From positions 224,001 through 288,000 of the forward strand of contig CAVZQC010000004.1 of assembly GCA_963777315.1 (NCBI GenBank): a stretch of 64,000 nucleotides of DNA, in the 5' to 3' direction. Positions 31,714 to 39,559 of this stretch are shown in pieces. Positions within the stretch are counted from its first letter, which is position 1. Every line of letters begins with the position of its first letter. The notes beneath the pieces were generated by a model that saw nothing but the letters and a program-made list of their open reading frames with translations, was not told where the DNA came from and searched no databases. The stretch comes from Vulcanimicrobiota bacterium (GTDB taxonomy: Bacteria; Vulcanimicrobiota; Vulcanimicrobiia; Vulcanimicrobiales; Vulcanimicrobiaceae). A program made the translations under genes and the position numbers.

Positions 31714-33931
31714 AGAGGCGCGCCGTCTGCACGTGCACGGCATCGTGCAGGGCGTCGGTTTTCGGCCCTTCGTCTACCGTCTGGCGAGCGAGTATGGAAT
31801 CACGGGATGGGTGCTCAACGGTGAGAGCGGGGTAGAAATTCACGCCGAGGGTGAGCGCGACGCGCTCGAACGGCTGCAGCAGGCTCTCGTACAACGTCCG
31901 CCTCCGGCAGCGCGCGTCGCCGGCGTAGAGGTTCGCTCCACCGAAATGCGCGGCTTCGATCGCTTCGAAATACATCGCAGCGAACGGCGCGCAACGCCCA
32001 CGGTGCGCGTGTCGCCCGACTTACCGGTGTGCGATGCGTGCCTGCACGAGCTGTTCGATCCCGCCGATGCGCGCTACGGGTATCCGTACATCAACTGCAC
32101 GAACTGCGGACCGCGGTATTCGATCGTTCAAGCCCTGCCCTACGACCGCCCCAACACGACCATGCGAAGTTGGCCGATGTGCGAACGCTGCCGGGCCGAG
32201 TACGACGACCCCATGAACCGGCGTTTTCACGCCCAGCCCGTTGCGTGCGCGCGTTGCGGGCCGAACTACGTGCTCCAATGCGACGGCAGCGCTTTGCGCG
32301 CCGGCGAAGCGATCGAGCGTGCAGCTCAACTGCTGCGTGACGGATCGATCGTCGCCGTCAAAGGCATCGGCGGATACCATTTGGCGTGCGATGCACGCAA
32401 CGCCACCGCGGTGCAGGCGGTTCGCGACCGCAAGTATCGCAAGGAACGGCCGTTCGCGGTAATGGTTCGCGACGTGGAAGCGGCCGGCGGCGTCGTGTAC
32501 TTGGATCGTGCATCTCGGACGGCGCTCGAATCGCAAGCTCGACCCATCGTGATCGCGCCGGCGAAGATGAGCTTGCGCGGCGTCGCCCCGGATAACGACG
32601 ATCTCGGCATCATGCTGGCCTATACGCCGCTGCACCACCTGCTTTTTGCGTCGGGTGCACCGCACGTGTTGGTGATGACCAGCGCGAACCGGTCGAGCGA
32701 ACCGATCGCGTATCGCGACGATGACGCGCGCCGTTCGCTCGACGGCATCGCCGATGCGCTGCTCGTTGGCGAGCGGGAAATAGCTCGGCGTATGGACGAC
32801 TCGGTCGTGAGGGCCGACCGCGACGCGACCACGGTGCTCCGGCATGCTCGAGGCTATGCACCGCAGGCGGTAGCGACCCTTGCCGGCGCCCGGCCTATCG
32901 TTGCCGTCGGTGCGGACTTGAAAAATGCGATCGCCGTTGTGGTCGGCGGTCAGGCGTTCGCGAGCCAGCACATCGGCGACCTCGAGCACTACGAAGCGTT
33001 GCAATCGTTCAAACGGACGATCGCTGACCTCATCGCGCTGTACGAGTTGCCCGAGGACGATCTGCTCGTGGCGCACGACGCGCACCCCGGCTATGCTTCT
33101 TCGGCGCATGCGCTGTCGATGCCCGGGGAAAAGATCGCGGTCCAGCATCATCGCGCCCATATTGCAAGCGTGCTCGCCGAACGGCAAGCGCTGGGAACGC
33201 GCGTGCTGGGCTTCGCCTTCGATGGTACGGGCTACGGTCAAGACGGCACGATTTGGGGCGGCGAAATATTCCTGGGTGACGTTTTTGGCGGTTTGCAGCG
33301 AGTCGCGCACTTGCGCACCGCCAAACTTGCGGGCGGGGATGCCGCCGCGCGCTTTCCGGTACAAGCAGCTGCCGGGTTTTTAGATGGAATGGACGTCCCG
33401 GATTTGAGCGCACCGCCGTTCGGCTTTCCCGAGCGCTACAACAGCGTGCGCGAGCTGCTGCGCGCCGACGTGCGCGTGTTCGCCACCACGTCGATGGGCC
33501 GGTTGTTCGACACCGCTGCGGCGCTGCTGGGTTTTACGCGAGAGATAACTTTTGAAGCCCAAGCCGCCATGTGGATCGAACACCTTGCCCGCGCAAGCGC
33601 GCCGGTCGCGGCATATCCATTCCCTTTGCGAAATGCCGAACTCGACTATCGCCCGCTTCTGGAAGCCGTCATTCGCGACCGCGTCGGCGGACGCGACGTT
33701 CGCGAAATCGCGCGAGCGTTTCACGAAGCGCTGGCAGACGCCGTTTTGGCGGTATGCTCGCAGTTCGGCCAAGAGCGTATCGTCGTTTCGGGCGGCGTCT
33801 TTCAGAACGCGCTGCTGACGCAGCGGCTGAGCGATGCGCTGGGCGACCGGCTTTGGACCAACCGCATCGTACCGCCGAACGACGGCGGCATCTGCTTGGG
33901 CCAAGCCGCGTTGGCCAGTGCGGCGGTTTGA
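31679..33931 (+). CDS. hypF: carbamoyltransferase HypF
   Basis: GIVQGVGFRPFVY, Zn fingers CDAC...CTNCGPRY and CERC...RRFHAQ..C, KGIGGYHLACDA, QHHRAH, PPNDGG; start at 31679 or 31688. Confidence 0.96.
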   Translation: MKGVAVTRAAVKEARRLHVHGIVQGVGFRPFVYRLASEYGITGWVLNGESGVEIHAEGERDALERLQQALVQRPPPAARVAGVEVRSTEMRGFDRFEIHRSERRATPTVRVSPDLPVCDACLHELFDPADARYGYPYINCTNCGPRYSIVQALPYDRPNTTMRSWPMCERCRAEYDDPMNRRFHAQPVACARCGPNYVLQCDGSALRAGEAIERAAQLLRDGSIVAVKGIGGYHLACDARNATAVQAVRDRKYRKERPFAVMVRDVEAAGGVVYLDRASRTALESQARPIVIAPAKMSLRGVAPDNDDLGIMLAYTPLHHLLFASGAPHVLVMTSANRSSEPIAYRDDDARRSLDGIADALLVGEREIARRMDDSVVRADRDATTVLRHARGYAPQAVATLAGARPIVAVGADLKNAIAVVVGGQAFASQHIGDLEHYEALQSFKRTIADLIALYELPEDDLLVAHDAHPGYASSAHALSMPGEKIAVQHHRAHIASVLAERQALGTRVLGFAFDGTGYGQDGTIWGGEIFLGDVFGGLQRVAHLRTAKLAGGDAAARFPVQAAAGFLDGMDVPDLSAPPFGFPERYNSVRELLRADVRVFATTSMGRLFDTAAALLGFTREITFEAQAAMWIEHLARASAPVAAYPFPLRNAELDYRPLLEAVIRDRVGGRDVREIARAFHEALADAVLAVCSQFGQERIVVSGGVFQNALLTQRLSDALGDRLWTNRIVPPNDGGICLGQAALASAAV

Positions 33932-33937
33932 CCGCAC

Positions 33938-34513
33938 GTGCAGGCTGGCGCCTTCATTCGATACCATAGCGGCGACGGGTTCGGTCACGTCGGCTGGGCG
34001 TTTGACGTCGAGCCTGGAAGCAGCGTCAATGCAGGGTCGGTCGAAAACCATAGCGGGCACATCTTTTCACCGGCGGCCGACATGGGTTTTTGGACGACGT
34101 TTTCTGCCGATCCCACGCAAGACATGCGCAAACGTTCGTACGACGACGTGAAGTACATGGAAGTTCCCAACGCGGATCCCGTGCTCGCGTATCGCACGGT
34201 GCTGTGGATCAAGCACAACGGCTACCGCGCGTTTCTGCGCAACTGCGAGGACGACGTTTACGACGTGCTGCGCGCGTACGGCATCACCGACCTGACTCCG
34301 CCGTCGCTGGTGTGGTTTCCCAAGTCGTGGTTCCGGCGTTTTCGCGGATCGATCGCGCACGTGTCCGATTTCAGCTGGAGCCAACCCGCTCAAACCACAC
34401 TTGCGGAGGCGGCGATGCCGCCCGATCTCCAGCCTTGGCATCCCACTTGGCGCAGGGCGTGGCATTTCGATTTCCACCTGTTCAATTTCAAGCGGCTGCT
34501 GGGGCGCGCCTAA
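33938..34513 (+). CDS. hypothetical protein, possible circularly permuted NlpC/P60 (papain-like) enzyme
   Basis: GHVGW near the N-terminus and Y.AFLRNCED later (His before Cys); starts 6 nt after hypF. Confidence 0.6.
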   Translation: MQAGAFIRYHSGDGFGHVGWAFDVEPGSSVNAGSVENHSGHIFSPAADMGFWTTFSADPTQDMRKRSYDDVKYMEVPNADPVLAYRTVLWIKHNGYRAFLRNCEDDVYDVLRAYGITDLTPPSLVWFPKSWFRRFRGSIAHVSDFSWSQPAQTTLAEAAMPPDLQPWHPTWRRAWHFDFHLFNFKRLLGRA

Positions 34514-34527
34514 AGCTCGCGAAACTG

Positions 34528-35754
34528 CTAGAACTTCGGCTCCGCGCGGCCCTGCGTACGCAGCAGCATTGCCGGGAATCCGGTGTCGTTCAGCCGCTGG
34601 AGCAGCAAAGCGACGTCGTCGTGATTGCGCAGTTCGAGCGTAAAGTCCAGGTCGGCGCTTCTCGAAGACAGGTCGCTGAACAGGCGCTGGTGAGCCAGAT
34701 CCATCACGTTCGCGCCAAGCTGCGCGATCAGCGCGGATATCTGGGCGAGGGCTCCAGGCTTGTCCGCAATTTCGACGCGAATACGAGCCAGGAGGCCCTC
34801 GCGTAGTTGCGTGCGCATGATGACGTTCGCCAGCAGTCCCGGTTCGATGTTTCCGCCGGTGATCACCAGACCGACCGTTTTGCCGGCAAAGCGATCGGCA
34901 TGTACCGACAATGCGGCAGCGCCCGCGGCGCCCGCGCCCTCGACGACCAGCTTTTCTTGCTCCAGCAAGGCATAGATGGCCGACTCGATCGCGTCTTCGG
35001 ACAGCAGGACGATATCGCTGACCAGACGCCGGACGACGTCCAACGCCCGAGCGGACTGCGTTTCTACGGCAATCCCCTCCGCGATGGTCGAAGTGCCGGA
35101 AACGGGATCCAGTCCTTGCAGCGCGCGGTGCATGTGTGGTTGCCTGGCTGCCTGCACGCCGATTATCCTGATGCCGGGATTGAGCGTCGTTGCGGCGACG
35201 GCGACTCCGGTGATCAAACCGCCCCCGCCGATTGGCACGATGAGCGTGTCGAGCTCGGGTTTGGCGCCCAGCATCTCGATCGCCAGCGTCCCGTTTCCCG
35301 CTACGATGCAGTCGTCGTCGTAGGGGTGAATCAGCGTGAGGTTTTCGTCCTGGGCGATGCGCGTTGCCGCCTGCTCGGCTTGGGCGATGGTATTTCCGGT
35401 TACGACGACGCGCGCACCGAAAGCCTGCGTTCTGCGAATCTTCGTAAAAGCGGTGCCTTCCGGCATGACGATCGTCGCGGGAATTCCTAGCCGTTTGGCA
35501 TGCCATGCGACGGCCTGCGCGTGGTTACCGGCCGATACGGCAATCGCACCGCGCGCTGCGGAATCGTCATCGAGGCTTTGCAGCTTCACGAGCGCGCCGC
35601 GTTCTTTGAACGAGCCGGTGAACTGGCGGTTTTCGAGTTTGAGCCAAACGTCCGCACCGGTAACGTTGGAGAGATGAGGCGACGGGATCAACGGAGTTTG
35701 GGGAAGTATCGCTGCGATCTGCGATGCAGCCGCCTCGATGGCGTGGAAGTTCAC
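34528..35754 (-). CDS. ilvA: threonine ammonia-lyase (PLP) with C-terminal ACT domain
   Basis: KLENRQFTGSFKERGA, SAGNHAQ, PIGGGGL, EGAGA, GGNI, ACT DKPGAL. Confidence 0.92.
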   Translation of the reverse strand: MNFHAIEAAASQIAAILPQTPLIPSPHLSNVTGADVWLKLENRQFTGSFKERGALVKLQSLDDDSAARGAIAVSAGNHAQAVAWHAKRLGIPATIVMPEGTAFTKIRRTQAFGARVVVTGNTIAQAEQAATRIAQDENLTLIHPYDDDCIVAGNGTLAIEMLGAKPELDTLIVPIGGGGLITGVAVAATTLNPGIRIIGVQAARQPHMHRALQGLDPVSGTSTIAEGIAVETQSARALDVVRRLVSDIVLLSEDAIESAIYALLEQEKLVVEGAGAAGAAALSVHADRFAGKTVGLVITGGNIEPGLLANVIMRTQLREGLLARIRVEIADKPGALAQISALIAQLGANVMDLAHQRLFSDLSSRSADLDFTLELRNHDDVALLLQRLNDTGFPAMLLRTQGRAEPKF

Positions 35755-36674
35755 GGCAGCAAGTCGAGCATCGGACGTGCTGCGGCGGCGTCGGCGATCG
35801 GCCGCAGTCCCCAGGCATCTTCCAAGGTGCGAAGCAGCGAGTAATGGTTGTACGGCACCATCGACACCCGATGTCCTTTCTTACGGGTGACGACGATCGT
35901 TACGATGTGTCCGCCGCCCGGCACAGCCCCGCAGCATCCCTGATTGGAGTCTCCTTCATCCCACGTGAGAAAAATTGCGGACTGGTCCGTGAAGGCGCGC
36001 GAGGCGAGGATGGTCGTTACCAGCGAACGGACGTAGCGGTCGCCTTCGCGCAGGAGGGCGTGGTTTTTCGGACATGCGGCGTCCCCGTGCATGTCGTGGC
36101 ACAGGTCCGGAGCGATATAGATAAAACGCGGGGAACTGCGCCCGTTGTCGAGCACCTTCGAAAGTTGCCCCATCGAATCGAGAGCGCGCACTCGCTCGCT
36201 GCGTTTCGGGTTCATAGCGATGTTGCGGAAATAGGCGAATGGGTTGTGCTTTTGCGCGTATTCGCCCGAAGGCATCGATTGCAACAGCGCGACCCATGCA
36301 ATGCCTTTTTTCTCCAAGCCGTCCACGAGCGTGGGGGCGTCGAAACCATGGCAGCGAGCATCCGGTGGACTCGGAAAACAGCTGCGACGATCGTCGGTCA
36401 CGCCGAAGGTTTGTCCGGCGATAAGCGCGAGGTAATTGGGCAAGCTCGGATGGGTTATGGCATAGTAGCGGCTTGCTAAACCATACCGGGCGGCCAGAGA
36501 AGCGATAAACGGCGTATAGCGTGCGCCGCCGGGCCCAAGCAGTGTTGCGGATTCCTCGTTCTCCATGACGATGAGAACGGCCATGTCGAGTTCGGGATGC
36601 TCCCGAAACGCTCGGCGTGAGGGCAAATGAGCCGCGGTCGCGATGTGAGCCGGGGGCGCCTGGGCAACGAACAT
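35751..36674 (-). CDS. phosphoesterase (alkaline phosphatase superfamily, acid phosphatase/phospholipase C type)
   Basis: IVMENE, HPSLPNYLAL, KHNPF, PDLCHDMH, TWDE, YNHYSLLRTLE. Confidence 0.88.
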   Translation of the reverse strand: MFVAQAPPAHIATAAHLPSRRAFREHPELDMAVLIVMENEESATLLGPGGARYTPFIASLAARYGLASRYYAITHPSLPNYLALIAGQTFGVTDDRRSCFPSPPDARCHGFDAPTLVDGLEKKGIAWVALLQSMPSGEYAQKHNPFAYFRNIAMNPKRSERVRALDSMGQLSKVLDNGRSSPRFIYIAPDLCHDMHGDAACPKNHALLREGDRYVRSLVTTILASRAFTDQSAIFLTWDEGDSNQGCCGAVPGGGHIVTIVVTRKKGHRVSMVPYNHYSLLRTLEDAWGLRPIADAAAARPMLDLLP

Positions 36675-36681
36675 CCGGCTG

Positions 36682-39411
36682 TTAGATGCGGTATTGCACG
36701 GTCAACATCACCTGCCGCGCAGGAAGCCCGTACAGTTCGGTGCCCTGCGTGAGGGAACTGGTGTCCGTACCGAATTGATTCTCGGGCACAAACGAGCCCA
36801 GTCCGATGAGGCCGTACGGGCTGGTCGCGTTGCTGTTGAACATGTTGTTGATGCCGAACGTGAGCGTGACCGGACCGCTCGTGTTTGAAATCGACGCGTT
36901 GGCCCACCAAAACGCGGGCGTATTGAACTGGTTGTTGTCGGCCAGGTAATTCTCGACGAAGCGTACGTCGACGCCGTGGCCGCTTTGGTATTCCAAACCG
37001 GCCGACGCTTTTTGCAGCGGAATGCCTTGAATCTGCGCGCCGTTGATGACGGTTGTGTTCTGCGCGAGAATGTCGTCGGGTACGCCCAAGTAAAATGCGG
37101 ACTGCGTATCGTAGACGAAATCGGCCGCCAGCTGCGGCACGATGTGAAACCGCCCGGATAGTTCGATACCCCGATATCGAGCTTGCGCAGCGTTATAGGT
37201 GGTGTTGACGTTCAGGTTGGCAACGGTGGGGTTGGGTATATTCGGGCACAGCGAAGCGATTTTGTTCAGGTACAGCTGTATGGTTTGCTGCGGAATGGTT
37301 GTTCCCACGGCCGAAAACGGCAGCGTGCCGTCGAACAGCGTGCCTTGCTCGTTCGCCTCGTACAGATTGAGCTGGATCATATTGTCGCTGCCGAACCGTC
37401 GGCCGTAGGCGAACTCGTAATCCGTCGCCTTCTCCGGTCCCAGGTTGCGGTCCGAAACGTCGCCGATCGTCGACTGCAGGTTCCCCGCGCAATTCGGAAA
37501 GAAGCTGCCGACGTTACCGTTGACGGCCGGTACGGCAAAAACGAGATTCGGCTGCGGTATGCTGGCGGAGTGCCCCGCCGTAAGGCGCAGCACGTCGGAA
37601 TTCGAGGGCCGGTACATTATGGAAAAGCGCGGGTCGAACGACGTTATCGGCGTGACGTTGGCGCGCTTTATCCATAGGTTGGCAAAGAGCGAGAGGCGAT
37701 TGTTCGGAAAGTACTGATCGTTCACGAAAAAGCCCGAAACGTTGACGTCGAACGGCTGTTTGTATGCGATCCGTTGAAAGGTCTGATTGGGAACCGTGAA
37801 GTTGTCGGGAAACTGACTGTTCGTGATGAGTTGATGCGCCGTGGAATACCCGAAACCGAAGTCGTTCTTCGAGCCCGCGATATCGTCGGTGACGAGCAGC
37901 CCGTGGGTGAAGAAAAAATGCGAGCGGAAGAAGTCGGACGCGACGGCACGGTTGAAGTCGGTCGCGTAGTAGTCGGCATAGCCGTCTATCGTCAGGGTGT
38001 TGTTGCGGGAAAGCGCGGTAGTCAACCGCGCATCGTAGTCGTGATTGCGTATGCCCTGCCACGGTCCGGGGCCGCCGCCGGCCGGCCCGGAGGTCAACTG
38101 CGCGTACTTTTGCGTCGACAGGCATTGATAGTTGGGTGCGGCGTCCACCAGCACGGCGATAGAGCCCGTGCAGGTCGCGGTTTGGCCGTTCGGCAGCGTT
38201 ACGTTGGTCGTATTGCCGTTTTGCGACAGCGCCTGCTGGGCGTTGTAGAGCTGGAACGGATACGGGAGGAAGTCCTGATCGCCGTTGCCGGTTTTGTCGA
38301 CCCACGCGTTGCCGGAATACGTCGTCAGCGTGAGCTTCGTGCTTGGACTGAAAGCGTAAGCGAGTTTCACCAAATCGTTGCGAAGCACGTAGTCTCCGCT
38401 GACGGCATAGGTATTTGCCGCTACGTTGCCGGCGGTCAAGTCGTTGCCCAGCAATCCCGTTTGGGTGACTACCTGTGGAATGAATTGCCCGTACGTTCCC
38501 TGCACGGCGTGAGCCACGGCGTAACCCAGCTTCCCTATGGTTCCGGTAGCCTGGATGGCCGTCAGAAGCTTTCCGTTGTTTCCCACGCCCTGTTCGAAAA
38601 GCGCGCTCGGTTTTCTGGTTGGGTCGAGCGTCTGATAATCGACGGTTCCCGCGATGGTGTCTACGCCGTATAAACCCGTAGCGCCCGAACCGTACGTCAC
38701 CTGAATTCCCTGCAAACCGTAGAACGGCGATACTTGGGAATCATAGGTGTTAAAAGCATTGACCGCCGATCCGAGCGGGCCGATTTGGTGCCCGTCGATC
38801 AGCGTGGCCGTTTCGCTGGGGTTGAAGCCGCGAATGCTCAAAAACATGTCGTCGCCGACGGCGTTGCTGGTGGTAGAGGTAATGCCCGGCAGCGTCGCGA
38901 TAAGATCGGCCGCGCGCACGTAGTTTTGGCTTTGAATGAGCTCAGGCGAGACGCTTTGATTGATCGTGGCGCTCGTCTGCAATGCGCCCGGACCTCCGGA
39001 CACTACCGCAGCGATCTGGCGCAGACCGCCCGAGCTTCGCGCAATCGCGGTTCGAACGTCGGCGGTTTGACCGGCGCTGACTATGACGTCCGGTATTCGG
39101 GTGCGCTGATAGCCGTTGGCGTCAACGACGATGGAATACGCGGCGGCCGGTTCGGCGGTAAAGCGAAAGGAGCCGTCGGCGGCCGTCGTCGTGACGGCCG
39201 TTTGTCGATCGTTGCGATCGAGCTCGATGCGCGCGCCGGCAATGGGCAAACCGCCGTTCGAGTCGACGATACGGCCGCTAATCGAGCCGGTTCCCGCGGG
39301 CGGTGTCAGCGCACCCGGCGCGGCACCCGCCGCAGCTGCAGTGCCTAACCACAGGCACAGGGCTGCCGTAAGCGCTGCAAGCCAAAACCTCGACATTCGA
39401 ACAGTCTGCAT
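36682..39411 (-). CDS. TonB-dependent receptor with N-terminal carboxypeptidase-like regulatory domain
   Basis: Signal peptide, GSISGRIVD...PIAGARI, plug SIRG...LIDG, LGPEKA, terminal GLPARQVMLTVQYRI. Confidence 0.9.
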   Translation of the reverse strand: MQTVRMSRFWLAALTAALCLWLGTAAAAGAAPGALTPPAGTGSISGRIVDSNGGLPIAGARIELDRNDRQTAVTTTAADGSFRFTAEPAAAYSIVVDANGYQRTRIPDVIVSAGQTADVRTAIARSSGGLRQIAAVVSGGPGALQTSATINQSVSPELIQSQNYVRAADLIATLPGITSTTSNAVGDDMFLSIRGFNPSETATLIDGHQIGPLGSAVNAFNTYDSQVSPFYGLQGIQVTYGSGATGLYGVDTIAGTVDYQTLDPTRKPSALFEQGVGNNGKLLTAIQATGTIGKLGYAVAHAVQGTYGQFIPQVVTQTGLLGNDLTAGNVAANTYAVSGDYVLRNDLVKLAYAFSPSTKLTLTTYSGNAWVDKTGNGDQDFLPYPFQLYNAQQALSQNGNTTNVTLPNGQTATCTGSIAVLVDAAPNYQCLSTQKYAQLTSGPAGGGPGPWQGIRNHDYDARLTTALSRNNTLTIDGYADYYATDFNRAVASDFFRSHFFFTHGLLVTDDIAGSKNDFGFGYSTAHQLITNSQFPDNFTVPNQTFQRIAYKQPFDVNVSGFFVNDQYFPNNRLSLFANLWIKRANVTPITSFDPRFSIMYRPSNSDVLRLTAGHSASIPQPNLVFAVPAVNGNVGSFFPNCAGNLQSTIGDVSDRNLGPEKATDYEFAYGRRFGSDNMIQLNLYEANEQGTLFDGTLPFSAVGTTIPQQTIQLYLNKIASLCPNIPNPTVANLNVNTTYNAAQARYRGIELSGRFHIVPQLAADFVYDTQSAFYLGVPDDILAQNTTVINGAQIQGIPLQKASAGLEYQSGHGVDVRFVENYLADNNQFNTPAFWWANASISNTSGPVTLTFGINNMFNSNATSPYGLIGLGSFVPENQFGTDTSSLTQGTELYGLPARQVMLTVQYRI

Positions 39412-39559
39412 GAGGAAGTAACTCCCGTCCGCGGCGGTGCGTCTGCTGTTACTATAGCGGTTTGGCCGGCGGTTACGCATGGGGAGGCCTACCCACGCTT
39501 CGGCTGTCCGTTCCCCATGAACGGGAGTGTAGGCAACTTGCGCGGGCGAAACACCGGCA

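Noticed and set aside
39412..39559. Cobalamin or TPP riboswitch upstream of the TonB receptors (also 9927-9972)
   Set aside because: No B12-box or TPP core recognisable; the second gap is too short.
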